A stretch of 64,000 nucleotides of DNA from a virus. Taxonomy: Duplodnaviria; Heunggongvirae; Uroviricota; Caudoviricetes. A program made the translations under genes and the position numbers. Location of the stretch: IMG/VR virus record IMGVR_UViG_3300030032_000362; one strand, given 5' to 3'. The notes beneath the pieces are model-generated. The model was given only the letters and a program-made list of their open reading frames with translations. It was not told the DNA's origin and ran no database searches. Positions 48,921-58,459 of the stretch are shown piece by piece (positions within the stretch are counted from its first letter, which is position 1; each line of letters begins with the position of its first letter).

Positions 48921-48981
48921 TTCTTTATATACAAAAAACCACCATGATAAATCATGATGGCTTTTGTGAGAGCAAAAAGTA

Positions 48982-49566
48982 TTAATTGTCTAATTCCTGC
49001 CAAGGTCCATAAAATCCGTATTCTCCAAAACCTTGAACAACTTCGTCATCTTCGTCTGCTTTAACGCCATACCATGGAAGAATTGCAACAACCGGTTCTG
49101 GGTTGGTGCTCCAAGGGGAGCGTTCTGTCTCATCCAAAATACGTATATCTTTTTGTGTATACGCAATGCCGGCTTCGGCTTTTTTCATTGCATCTTCTAA
49201 AGAATAAGCTGTCTCGCTTCCGGTTCCAGTTCCAAAATCTACTGTATAACGGCCTTCAGCAAAATCAAATCCAAATTTTTCTAACAAGTTTCCATTTTCA
49301 TCAACATCAAGAGCTTCAATAAACCATTCTTTTACTTTAACAGTTCCATCATCTTGATGAATTGCGGAACAAAATTTTTCATCCAATTTTTTTGCTTTAT
49401 CCACAAATTCTGTGTAAGTTGCAAAATCATTTTCGTCCCATATTTCTACACATTTTATGGTATTTGGAAAATCAAATGCCCCACAAATTGTATCACCCTT
49501 TTGAAAATTTGAGTATTCTGCCTCCGGCATAATCTTTTCTGCATATCCAAATCTACATAACTGCAT
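48982..49566 (-). CDS. Hypothetical acidic protein (194 aa)
   Basis: Complete ORF with RBS AAGGAGGAT. Confidence 0.45.
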   Translation of the reverse strand: MQLCRFGYAEKIMPEAEYSNFQKGDTICGAFDFPNTIKCVEIWDENDFATYTEFVDKAKKLDEKFCSAIHQDDGTVKVKEWFIEALDVDENGNLLEKFGFDFAEGRYTVDFGTGTGSETAYSLEDAMKKAEAGIAYTQKDIRILDETERSPWSTNPEPVVAILPWYGVKADEDDEVVQGFGEYGFYGPWQELDN

Positions 49567-49578
49567 ATTAAATCCTCC

Positions 49579-49788
49579 TTATCTTAAATACCAATCTGCG
49601 GCTTTGCATTCAAAACCAACAATATTGTTAGAATTGAAGCGGGTTTTCTTTTTTCCCTGATAAACCTCAACGTACTTATCGCCGTCATTATCAGCCTGAA
49701 AACGAATTTTTGTTACTCCGCGTAATGTTTTTACATCTCCATTTGTAATAATAATAATCTGATTCATAATAATCCTCCTTTTACACAT
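49579..49788 (-). CDS. Hypothetical small protein (about 63-69 aa)
   Basis: Complete ORF with RBS AAGGAGGAT. Confidence 0.35.
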   Translation of the reverse strand: MCKRRIIMNQIIIITNGDVKTLRGVTKIRFQADNDGDKYVEVYQGKKKTRFNSNNIVGFECKAADWYLR

Positions 49789-49987
49789 ATGCTTTTCTTA
49801 CAAGTTCTCCGTTTTCTGTCACTTGCATAAATTCGTCATCACCAGACCATAGCAGTAATTCTCTTTTTTGAGAAACGGTTAGTTCATCATGCATTCGAAG
49901 CAATTCGCTCATACAAATATCATTTCTCATGTATTGCTTTTTTACTATGGTTACAAAATCTAAACTAGTGAAAAAATATTTACTCAT
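49781..49987 (-). CDS. Hypothetical small protein (68 aa)
   Basis: Complete ORF with RBS AGGAGG. Confidence 0.35.
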   Translation of the reverse strand: MSKYFFTSLDFVTIVKKQYMRNDICMSELLRMHDELTVSQKRELLLWSGDDEFMQVTENGELVRKAYV

Positions 49988-50204
49988 AATAACAACCTCC
50001 TATGGATATACACAGCCGATGTTAAAATTTTCTTCAAACCAACAATGGTCTGACACTTCCGGAACATCCACAATGATATGGTCATCATGCACTTCTGTTA
50101 CTGTGCCGGAATAGAATTTTTCGTCCAATCGGCAATCTACTTTTTGCCCTACATGAAATAAATTTTTAATCATGCCCTACCTCCTAATGTTTTTTTAGAT
50201 ACAT

Positions 50205-50218
50205 TTAATATGTCTGTT
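50205..50218 (-). promoter_or_regulatory. Conserved promoter motif copy
   Basis: TTAATATGTCTGTT, 32 bp upstream of a 58-aa ORF (about 49996-50172) that is too short for the track. Confidence 0.5.
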
Positions 50219-50519
50219 GATTAAACTTCTTAATTAATGCGTAATTACGGCAGCCTTTTTACTTTTAAGTTATTATTATTTGAAAGCTAATTAGCGCTTG
50301 AAAAATACAAAATCCACCTACTCCAATAACAACAAAGCCAAAATATACAAATACAAATTTATCCAGAAACAAAGAGAAATAAAGAATTATAATTCCAACT
50401 ATTACTAAAATAATTCCAATTATTAAAAGTATCATTCCTAAATCCATATCTAAATCCTCCTTTATTAAATTTCACAAACGGCCATGTTTTCAATATGCAA
50501 CCATAATTTCATTTCTCCC

Positions 50520-50715
50520 CCAAACTTTAGCCTAAGTCTTTAATTAAGGTCGGTTTTCCAACATACTTGTTAGATGCAAATATATCATAGACATATCTTT
50601 GGACTTATACCAACTTTCCGTATCTGTTACCTTAATTTAGCCTGTGCTTTTATTCCACATGTGTGCAGTGCTTTCTTGAGAACTAGTTTTTCATCCTAGC
50701 GACTTAGGCTTAACG
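50520..50715. repeat. About 180-bp non-coding segment bounded by 12-bp inverted repeats (TTAGCCTAAGTC ... GACTTAGGCTAA)
   Basis: TTAGCCTAAGTC at about 50527-50538 and its reverse complement at about 50700-50712. A third partial copy (TAATTTAGCCTG) lies at about 50636. Confidence 0.3.
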
Positions 50716-50765
50716 CGAAGTGGTGGAATTGAACCACGCTTAGTATAAAAGACACCTACTTGTCT
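50690..50765 (-). ncRNA. Truncated tRNA-like element (acceptor, D-arm and T-arm present; anticodon arm replaced by about 12 nt)
   Basis: Reverse complement reads GCGGAGT-TA-AGAC-AAGTAGGT-GTCT-TTTTATACTAAG-CGTGG-TTCAATT-CCACC-ACTTCGC-G. Total length about 60 nt. Confidence 0.25.
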
Positions 50766-50814
50766 TAACTCCGCCAAATTACTATATTCAACTCCTTAAC
50801 AAATCTTCTATTCT

Positions 50815-51294
50815 CTACAATAATATTTGCAATTCAATTAACGCATGAAAAACACAAAGCGTACCAACCATGCAAAGGCCCCAGCCAATCATTGGCTTTT
50901 TTAAACTTTCCGCCTCAAAAAACCAATAAAGAATCTTAACCCCTATAAAAATGCAAATAATTCCAACAATTGCATATATAATTCCCGGCAAATTCCATAT
51001 AGGTGCATTTAATTTGTGTGAATCACGGTGCGCCTTTTCAGCTCTCCATTCTTGAAACCCTGCTTCCTTGTGGTAATCTTCTTGTGCCTTTTGATACCCC
51101 TGTTCTTCTGCCCGCTGAATAGGGTCTGCTGTTGCAGATGGATAAGAGGTGTCATAATTTTGGTGATTATCATTGCAACAGCAACATGCTTTTGCTGACA
51201 TTGGAATAGTTGCACCTAATACAGTACATAAAAGCAATGTTAAAAATAATATCTTTTTCATGTCTAACCCCTCCCTAATATCGAACTTTTCCAA
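50815..51294 (-). CDS. Secreted or membrane protein with Cys cluster (signal peptide, two C-terminal TM helices)
   Basis: MKKILFLTLLLCTVLGATIPMSAKACCCCND... Two C-terminal hydrophobic helices. Confidence 0.4.
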   Translation of the reverse strand: MEKFDIREGLDMKKILFLTLLLCTVLGATIPMSAKACCCCNDNHQNYDTSYPSATADPIQRAEEQGYQKAQEDYHKEAGFQEWRAEKAHRDSHKLNAPIWNLPGIIYAIVGIICIFIGVKILYWFFEAESLKKPMIGWGLCMVGTLCVFHALIELQILL

Positions 51295-51910
51295 TCCATT
51301 CTTCTATTTCTTTTTTAAGAGCTGACATATCTTCTTTCGAAATCATTCGTCTTTTTAGTGATAGGTGGTTATTAATGTATACATTACTCATACAATTAAT
51401 TGTGTCTTTATATCTTTGAGCACGAGTATTCGTAAATAGCGGCTCTCCTGCTGCTTTATTAGATATAAAATAGAGCACTCCAATAAGTAACATAATGCAT
51501 GAAGGCACGGTAACAATAAAGCGTATAAAATCGTTCATAAAGAGAAATGGGGAAATCAGTAATAATGCAGAAGCAATAACAAGTCCCCAATATATGTATG
51601 TAACGGCATTAAGCATTTTTTGTTTTGGATGCCCTAAACAAGTAGCGCCATCAATATACCATTTTTCTGGACTCTTTTTGCATGATGAATATTTGAATTC
51701 CACATTTATCGGAGCATCTTTATCCAAAATGCTAATAAGCTTCTTTTTGATTAAATATAGGCCGACGTAAAATCCGATAACAATAAGTACCGGTCCAATA
51801 ACCAATCCAATCAATTGCAGGATTAGCGACAAACAAGCGAAATAATCAGTTGTTACACTTTTGCGCTGTAACTGGTTTACAATATTAGTTAATTTTTCTA
51901 CTGGAAACAT
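51275..51910 (-). CDS. Polytopic membrane protein (211 aa)
   Basis: About four TM helices. Confidence 0.4.
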   Translation of the reverse strand: MFPVEKLTNIVNQLQRKSVTTDYFACLSLILQLIGLVIGPVLIVIGFYVGLYLIKKKLISILDKDAPINVEFKYSSCKKSPEKWYIDGATCLGHPKQKMLNAVTYIYWGLVIASALLLISPFLFMNDFIRFIVTVPSCIMLLIGVLYFISNKAAGEPLFTNTRAQRYKDTINCMSNVYINNHLSLKRRMISKEDMSALKKEIEEWIGKVRY

Positions 51911-52012
51911 ATCAATTCCTCCTTATTTATTATCAATAAAAAATTACAAACCAAAGAAGAACAAGCACTAAAAGAGTTAAAAATACTATAATAATTGACA
52001 TAAGCAAATCGT

Positions 52013-52264
52013 TTACAGCTTCTTCTGCTTCTTCTGCTTCTTTTTTCTTTTTTTCTTCTGTTCTTTTTTAAAGCGCTTATATGCTCTTTCCTCTGCTTCT
52101 TTAAGAATATCCGGCGTTGCCGTTGGACCGGCGGTGATTAAAGCGCTTTGATTTTGACATTGTTCACAGGTACACTCTTTCGCAGATACTATAGAAGCAC
52201 TGCACATCATAAGACAAATAGCGGTAACGCTAAATAAAATTGCCTTCTTTACTTTTTTCAACAT
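52013..52264 (-). CDS. Small secreted Cys-rich protein with lysine-rich tail
   Basis: Signal peptide, then CTCEQCQ, then KKEQKKKRKKKQKKQKKL. Confidence 0.35.
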   Translation of the reverse strand: MLKKVKKAILFSVTAICLMMCSASIVSAKECTCEQCQNQSALITAGPTATPDILKEAEERAYKRFKKEQKKKRKKKQKKQKKL

Positions 52265-52328
52265 AATAATATCCTTCCTTTCTCTTTTTTAGCAATGTGC
52301 TCTCCGTTATTGTGTTCTCCTTATATAT

Positions 52329-52372
52329 CTAATATGTCTGTTTTGAATTAAAACGAAAATCATATTATGAGC
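52329..52372 (-). promoter_or_regulatory. Extended promoter/operator element, copy 4 of 5
   Basis: CTAATATGTCTGTTTTGAATTAAAACGAAAATCATATTATGAGC. Confidence 0.55.
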
Positions 52373-52462
52373 GTTTTTTTGAAATAAGATTTCTTGAAAT
52401 GTTTGATGGAGTATGTTAAGATGCCGATATACGATAGCAATTAGTAAAAGAAAGGAAATATT

Positions 52463-52651
52463 ATGTTTGTAAAACCGATAAAAATTGAGTTGATTACATC
52501 GGACGATTCAAAAGTTGTTATAAGCCTGCATCCTAGTCAAAAATGGGAATTAACAAGAAAAGATTCCTATTTTATAGTATCACGAAAGAATATTATGCTT
52601 TTTCTAACGGAAGAAGAATTTCATAAATCTTTTCAAGAAAAAAGACCGTAG
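52463..52651 (+). CDS. Small plus-strand ORF (62 aa), hypothetical
   Basis: AAAGGAAAT RBS and ATG at 52463, followed by a bidirectional hairpin terminator (AGACCGTAGGAATTATCCTATCGGTCTCTTTCTTTTT) at about 52640-52680. Confidence 0.3.
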   Translation: MFVKPIKIELITSDDSKVVISLHPSQKWELTRKDSYFIVSRKNIMLFLTEEEFHKSFQEKRP

Positions 52652-52680
52652 GAATTATCCTATCGGTCTCTTTCTTTTTA

Positions 52681-53163
52681 TTATGAAAAAATATTTGGTT
52701 CGTGTTCTCTCATTGAAAAATATGGATGTGAATTATCTCCAATCACAATATGGTCTTCTAACTTAATATCCATAACTTTCCCGGCTTCAATAAGTCGATT
52801 GGTTATTTCATAATCAGCATTGGACGGAATTGGATTACCGCTTGGATGATTATGTACGATTACAAAATGATTTCCTCCGGATAGTAATAATCTGGTAAAA
52901 ATTTCCTGTATCCCGATTAAAGATTGGTTTATTTTCCCATGGCTTACTTCAAATATCCCCTTTGGTTTTAATTTAGTGTTCATGGAGATAAGCCATGCTC
53001 GTTCTTCCGCGAGCCGGTCCGCATGAAAAACTTCGCTCATCATTTTATAGATACTCTCTGGGTCCGGATGCATTACAACATAATCACACATGAACTCCTT
53101 TACAAGCATTGGTTTTCTCTCTTCATCCAATTCTAAGTTATACGAAATAATTTTCATGTTCAT
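52681..53163 (-). CDS. radC: RadC-like JAB/MPN-domain protein (DUF2466)
   Basis: The HNHPSGNPIPSNADYEITNRL motif (HNHPSG...PS--D) is diagnostic of RadC-type JAB domains. Confidence 0.7.
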   Translation of the reverse strand: MNMKIISYNLELDEERKPMLVKEFMCDYVVMHPDPESIYKMMSEVFHADRLAEERAWLISMNTKLKPKGIFEVSHGKINQSLIGIQEIFTRLLLSGGNHFVIVHNHPSGNPIPSNADYEITNRLIEAGKVMDIKLEDHIVIGDNSHPYFSMREHEPNIFS

Positions 53164-53684
53164 TCCTCCTTTCCGGCAGCAGTTTCTTCTTTCGGAACGG
53201 AAGGAAGTATTGGGTCAAGCCATTTTTTAGGATAAAAAATATCCTTACATCCTTTAAGATAATAATATTTTTTGGAATTAAGGGAAAAACTGCCTTCTAT
53301 AATGTCTTCTTTATTTACCTGTTTTTTCATCTCTGAAAGCAATATTTCTGTTGGAAGTGATTTTTTCTTTCTGAGTTTCTTAATTATTCCTTCTCGGAGT
53401 CGTACTTTGTCACCGACTTCAAATTTTATTACTTTTTTGAGTGGGACTGTCTTTTGAGGATTTATTGAGTACATTGGTGTCCTCGTCATTGTCCCAGCAG
53501 CGGGTAATAGTTCAATTGCTTTTGTCTGGTAGCAAAATTCTTCTACATCATTAAACCGAGTTGGCTCGTTAAGGGTCCCGGCCCATATATAACCGGCTTT
53601 CTCCGCTAGTTCCATCAGAAGCCAATACTCTCCAACGTTTTTGATTTCTATTTCTGTGGTTTTTCTTAGTCTTTTTAATCTCAT
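53160..53684 (-). CDS. Hypothetical protein (174 aa), translationally coupled to radC-like
   Basis: 4-bp overlap (ATGA) with the downstream gene. Confidence 0.4.
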   Translation of the reverse strand: MRLKRLRKTTEIEIKNVGEYWLLMELAEKAGYIWAGTLNEPTRFNDVEEFCYQTKAIELLPAAGTMTRTPMYSINPQKTVPLKKVIKFEVGDKVRLREGIIKKLRKKKSLPTEILLSEMKKQVNKEDIIEGSFSLNSKKYYYLKGCKDIFYPKKWLDPILPSVPKEETAAGKEE

Positions 53685-53695
53685 ATTTATTCCTC

Positions 53696-54016
53696 CTATT
53701 TTTTAATCTCTTTCCAACCGGATATATCTCGATAGTAAAATCGAGTACCGTTTTTTCGTTCAATAGCAACAACATCACTGACGGATAATGTATGCCCGCT
53801 TCGATTTTGCGGTTTACTAAATCGGGCAGCTACATCTTCTAATATCGCTAAATCATCCTGATTTATTAATGTTATTTCTTTACAATATTGAATTTCATCA
53901 ATGATTACTTCGCAATACACCGCCCGGTAATCATTTAATGAGTAATTGTTTTTTGCTATCTCCCATGGGGCGGAATAATACTCCGCATTTGTTTGAAAAA
54001 TAATAAATCTACTCAT
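53696..54016 (-). CDS. Hypothetical protein (106 aa)
   Basis: Complete ORF with RBS AGGAG. Confidence 0.4.
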   Translation of the reverse strand: MSRFIIFQTNAEYYSAPWEIAKNNYSLNDYRAVYCEVIIDEIQYCKEITLINQDDLAILEDVAARFSKPQNRSGHTLSVSDVVAIERKNGTRFYYRDISGWKEIKK

Positions 54017-54491
54017 TCTTCGTCTCCTAATTTTAATTTCTTAAGTGCGCATATAGCCATTGCTCTATATTTCAATTTCTTTATTTTAGCAGCTTTGACA
54101 TTTTCTTCACATGTTGGCAGACGACATATCATTCTGTCTCTTTTATTTTCTGTTTTAAGAAATTCTATTGCATCAGATATTTCATCTGTGTTGTAAAACT
54201 TTTTCTTTGCATCTTTCATTATTGCTCTTCCTTTCCATGCTCGCCCATGAGATAACCCACGGGCGAGATGCTTTTACTGTAAGCTATACAAGCCTGACCT
54301 CCGAAAAGTATCTGCTTTAACTTCTCCGCTTACATTATCACAGCCTCCATATATTGTATTACAACGATATGGATAAGCGGTTACGCTTTCTCCGTTATGG
54401 TCTTCTTTGATGCCATACATTACCATGTTGTTTTCTACGTATACTTCATAGCCTTTTAGTATATGCCATCCATCTTTCATATTCATACCTC

Positions 54492-55037
54492 CTACATAAT
54501 GTTAAAATCATCGAGCGAGAAATATATATTTCCGCCGTCTGCCTCTGCCATAATCTGCTCTTTTGAATAATTTGGCGGATAGGCAAAGATTTGATTTCCT
54601 TCTACACTTATTGCGACATATCCTTTTTTCGAAAATTTTTTGAACTGCTTTTCTGCATCAAATAATTTAAGAAAATCAGAGACGATATATACAATGGAAT
54701 TGGACGCCATAGTCTCCTTGGTGATGTCCTCTTCCGGAATGTATGGATGGGTTTTACGAAACCATTCACATTCTTTTTTGTATTGCTCCGGACGTTCCTG
54801 ATACAAATTTATAACAAATTCGTTCGGAACTTTCTTTGCATAGGCAATAATAGTTTTCATCATTGCTTCTTCCGCTTCTTTGGAAATATATTCAACATCT
54901 TCCGGACCACCATCTGCATAATCCGCATAAGTACCAATACGTTTTCCATCTAAGTAAAGACTGGCTGTGCAGCCATATCCTTCTCTTCCGGTCAATCTTT
55001 TAATATTCTTCATTTGAAAATTCATAATTTTAGCCAT
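54492..55037 (-). CDS. Hypothetical protein (181 aa)
   Basis: Complete ORF with RBS GGAGG. Confidence 0.4.
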   Translation of the reverse strand: MAKIMNFQMKNIKRLTGREGYGCTASLYLDGKRIGTYADYADGGPEDVEYISKEAEEAMMKTIIAYAKKVPNEFVINLYQERPEQYKKECEWFRKTHPYIPEEDITKETMASNSIVYIVSDFLKLFDAEKQFKKFSKKGYVAISVEGNQIFAYPPNYSKEQIMAEADGGNIYFSLDDFNIM

Positions 55038-55046
55038 AATTACCTC

Positions 55047-55358
55047 CTATTCCGGCAGCAGTTGGATAATGCATCCATACTCACCTGCTCGATACACGTT
55101 AATTTTTTCTGCGTAATATTTTTTACACAATCCATCATCATCATAAACCTCCATCCATTTACAAAATTCAGTTATTTTCTTATAATGATTTGGAATCTCA
55201 ACTTCCGGGTCGTCTACAATGTACGCACTGTAACAACCATCTTCGCCAAAGTTAAGAATCTGTGCACGAAGTCCTTCTTTTGGTTTTGGTCCTATAAGCG
55301 CTAAAGCGGCTACATCTGACGAACCAATATCTTCTTTTCGGTCTTTGTAAAATTTCAT
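55047..55358 (-). CDS. Hypothetical protein (103 aa)
   Basis: Complete ORF with RBS AGGAGG. Confidence 0.4.
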   Translation of the reverse strand: MKFYKDRKEDIGSSDVAALALIGPKPKEGLRAQILNFGEDGCYSAYIVDDPEVEIPNHYKKITEFCKWMEVYDDDGLCKKYYAEKINVYRAGEYGCIIQLLPE

Positions 55359-55389
55359 AACGAATTACCTCCTTGATTAAAATAAATTT

Positions 55390-55857
55390 TTACTGACAGC
55401 GAATAATTCCGCCACAAGTTTCCATTACTCCAATTTCGCCGATTTCCTGTTCTCCGGTTGTGAGATTGCAGCAGTTAGATAAGACATAATAAACACCGTT
55501 GTTTACATACATAGGCATCGCTTCATTTCCCGGCAAGTCTTCTTCTGATACAAACAGCAAATCTGCTAATGTTCCGAAAGTTGTCTCTGAAACAACAACG
55601 TGATACACATGACAGTTATAAGCTTCTTCTGTCTCCTTTATCAGACGTTCAATATCATCACCACTTGAAAACTCCGACAAATGATATACAACTCCAATTG
55701 CTGAAGTTCCTCCAACATATTGAGGAACAAGAGCTCTCCTTTTAGACAAAAGAATTTCTCCCGGCTCTATTTGCAAAAAATCAGAAAAATTTACGCCTAT
55801 TTTTGCTAATCGCCGTTCTCCTATTTTTGTAAGTTCTTCATAAACTTCTTTTTTCAT
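55390..55857 (-). CDS. Hypothetical protein (155 aa)
   Basis: Complete ORF; a promoter motif at 55888-55900 is about 30 bp upstream. Confidence 0.4.
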   Translation of the reverse strand: MKKEVYEELTKIGERRLAKIGVNFSDFLQIEPGEILLSKRRALVPQYVGGTSAIGVVYHLSEFSSGDDIERLIKETEEAYNCHVYHVVVSETTFGTLADLLFVSEEDLPGNEAMPMYVNNGVYYVLSNCCNLTTGEQEIGEIGVMETCGGIIRCQ

Positions 55858-55887
55858 AAAATCTTCCTTTTATTATTTTTGATATTA

Positions 55888-55900
55888 TTAATATGTCTGT
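55888..55900 (-). promoter_or_regulatory. Conserved promoter motif copy (TTAATATGTCTGT)
   Basis: Upstream of the 55390..55857 operon. Confidence 0.55.
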
Positions 55901-56328
55901 AATAATGAGCAATAAAAAAACAGCCTTGTATATAAGACTGTTTTTTGTCCTGCGAAAATTCCCATCCAAAATTCTTAAATTTCAAATAATTCATTGCCCG
56001 AAAAGTTGCTCATGTCTTGTAATACTGCATGAGCAAATTCCTTTGAGTAGTTATTCCACAATTCGTCTTGTAATTTTTCGGAATCATGAATGTGTTCTAA
56101 CTCATTGTCTTTTATAAATTTTTTCATTAAATTTTTCATTCTGTATTCATAATTTTCTTCAATTGTTGGTATGTACATAGTTATCACTCCTTATTATTAT
56201 GCAATATTTCTTTTAGCTTAGGTTTAATATACTCATCAAAAATGTACCATCGCCGATAAGATTATCTTCTTTTTGATAATACCATCCGTAGATATTATTG
56301 TCAATGTATGCTAACACTTTATACCTCC

Positions 56329-56790
56329 TCAACTATGTAGACTATTTTGCTGCCTTTTCGGTAATATTGTGCGTGATTCTTTCGTAGGATATGGTTCTGA
56401 TAGTGGCTGCCATGCCGTTACAATTCCATATTCCAGTGGCACTCTTACAACTTTCGGAATATCTCCTCTTTCCATATCAATTTCGCTTTCCAGATATCTT
56501 GCAGTCATATACCATACCAAAACAAACCAACTATCGTAATCCGGGTTAAACCACCCGACCGTCTGTCCGTATATCGTTATAACATGATATCTAGGGCAGA
56601 TACTTCCTTTATGCTCCGCATTATCTGGCAACCTCTCACCGCATGGAATCCAACCGTTGTTGTATTCTTCTGCTACTTTCTGCACGATTGAATATGCTCT
56701 ATTGATTCCATTGTTGTACTCCTCCGGAGTAGGTTTTCCTGCAATTTCTCTTTCCAATCGCTCCAAAATCTTCTTAAATGCTTTTTTCAT
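56329..56790 (-). CDS. DUF551-like protein (paralog of the frameshifted 48020..48561 gene)
   Basis: GWIPCGERLP ... VVRVPLEYGIVTAWQPLSEPY. The W-P--ERLP and aW-PLPePY blocks are shared with 48175..48561 (TWIPAALKSP ... VLFWMPLPQLP). Confidence 0.4.
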   Translation of the reverse strand: MKKAFKKILERLEREIAGKPTPEEYNNGINRAYSIVQKVAEEYNNGWIPCGERLPDNAEHKGSICPRYHVITIYGQTVGWFNPDYDSWFVLVWYMTARYLESEIDMERGDIPKVVRVPLEYGIVTAWQPLSEPYPTKESRTILPKRQQNSLHS

Positions 56791-56877
56791 TTTGATTCAC
56801 CTTCCTTTAACCGTTTCAACTTTTCCAATGCTTCTATTCGATAATTTCCCTTTACAATTCATCTGCATCAATCAATC

Positions 56878-57267
56878 TCATTCTTCATCACTCCAATCAA
56901 ACTTGCATCCGCAATTGCTGCAATAATTCGGTGCATCGTTGTTATCAAGAACCCCTGGGTCGTGACTTACTAACATCACTTTACCACAAGAACAATGATA
57001 TTTACTTACCTCATCGCCAAAATTAAGCTCAAATATAGGTTTTACTAATCTGGCCTCCTTTTCTGCTCTTTTGCCCTCTTGTTCCATTCCATTTTCTTTT
57101 ACTATTTCGATTGCTCGCTCTATCATTCTTCTTTGGGTGCAATCACGGCATGGGATATCTCCAACAGGACAATTATCAAAGTCACACGCATCAAGTTCGC
57201 ACAGTTCTTTCAACTGTTCCAAGATTGACATATCAGATGCTTTTTTGTTGTTTGTTAATCTCTCCAT
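56878..57267 (-). CDS. Cys-rich putative zinc-binding protein (129 aa)
   Basis: CDFDNCPVGDIPCRDCTQRR and YHCSCGKV...YCSNCGCKF provide several CxxC pairs. Confidence 0.35.
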   Translation of the reverse strand: MERLTNNKKASDMSILEQLKELCELDACDFDNCPVGDIPCRDCTQRRMIERAIEIVKENGMEQEGKRAEKEARLVKPIFELNFGDEVSKYHCSCGKVMLVSHDPGVLDNNDAPNYCSNCGCKFDWSDEE

Positions 57268-57303
57268 TTCTACTTTCCTCCTTATTGTTTATATATTATA
57301 TTC

Positions 57304-57317
57304 TTAATATGTCTGTT
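57304..57317 (-). promoter_or_regulatory. Conserved promoter motif copy
   Basis: TTAATATGTCTGTT about 37 bp upstream of ATG 57267. Confidence 0.55.
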
Positions 57318-57402
57318 TTACACAAAAACTGAATCGTCATTATAAGAAAAAATATTTTATTTTGGTATAAAAAAGCCTAACCGTTTGGTCAGGCTTTCTT
57401 CG

Positions 57403-58380
57403 TTACTGTACAGAAGCATTATCTTCTTGCAGTTTTTTCATTAAACGATAACCGATATCCGCTATTTTATACGCCCATGTATCACCTACACAATACATAG
57501 TATTGATACCGACAAGGCTTGGGCCGTTATCATATCTGGCTCCTTTGGTAAGATATTTGGAGCGGATATGTTTTGCTGTCATCAAAAGGTTCTCCTCTCC
57601 ACTGGCAGCGTTAATACCCTCTGCTTCATCGGAATATACACCAAAGCCGGTGTAGTTATGGTCTTCTTTTGCGCGCTTAGAAGTTCCCCATCCGCTTTCT
57701 AATGCAGAAAGTGCACATATGGCAATTGCGTTAATATGTAATTCTCTTTCGATTTTTACATAAACCGGAGCAAACTCCTGCAAGTCGGTATCCTGCAAAA
57801 TCTGCCGCATCTGTTTAACTGAAATATTGCTGACTTCCGTAACATCATTCGGATTGAATACAACGCCATCAAGAGAATTCAATTCTCGCAAGTCAATCTT
57901 CATCTGAGAAAGTATCTGTTTTTCCATATCGACATTCTGGCTTAATTTTTTCTTTTCAGCCTCTAATGTTTTAATCCGTTCACTAATCTTCTTTTCTTTT
58001 AAGATTTTCTTAACAGCATTTGTGTCAATTTCTCGATATGCGAAATTCTGCGTTTCCCATAGTCCATCTTGCAAATTATCAACAAATGGTGATTTTCGCT
58101 CTTCCATTAGCTGATTTTGCACATTTGCATCTTTTTGAGATTTCTGTAATTTAATCTCAGATGCAACATCTCTCTTTTTTTCTCTAAATGTTTTTACCAC
58201 TTTGGACTGACGCTTCATATCCTCTTTAAGCTCTTCTACTTTTGAAGTGACCTCTGGAGAAACATATACGACTCGCTTCATTTCAACCTCTTTAACGTCC
58301 TTTTCTACGGCTGATGCATTATGAAACATTCCACCAACAATACTTAATGTAGCTGCTACTGCAATAATCATTCTTTTCAT
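57403..58380 (-). CDS. Secreted peptidoglycan hydrolase with glucosaminidase (FlgJ-like) domain and N-terminal coiled coil
   Basis: Signal peptide. A long K/E-rich coiled coil. C-terminal AICALSALESGWGTSKRAKEDHNYTGFGVY matches the mannosyl-glycoprotein endo-beta-N-acetylglucosaminidase signature (AALESGWG-S). VirB1-like role in a T4SS context. Confidence 0.6.
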   Translation of the reverse strand: MKRMIIAVAATLSIVGGMFHNASAVEKDVKEVEMKRVVYVSPEVTSKVEELKEDMKRQSKVVKTFREKKRDVASEIKLQKSQKDANVQNQLMEERKSPFVDNLQDGLWETQNFAYREIDTNAVKKILKEKKISERIKTLEAEKKKLSQNVDMEKQILSQMKIDLRELNSLDGVVFNPNDVTEVSNISVKQMRQILQDTDLQEFAPVYVKIERELHINAIAICALSALESGWGTSKRAKEDHNYTGFGVYSDEAEGINAASGEENLLMTAKHIRSKYLTKGARYDNGPSLVGINTMYCVGDTWAYKIADIGYRLMKKLQEDNASVQ

Positions 58381-58426
58381 ATGAAAATTCCTCCTTATTA
58401 TTTAATGATTACATTCTTAATATGTC

Positions 58427-58439
58427 TGTAAGGCAAAGC
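58427..58439 (-). promoter_or_regulatory. Conserved promoter motif copy (TTAATATGTCTGT)
   Basis: About 47 bp upstream of ATG 58380. Confidence 0.55.
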
Positions 58440-58459
58440 ATTTTGAAAAGAGCAGCTAT

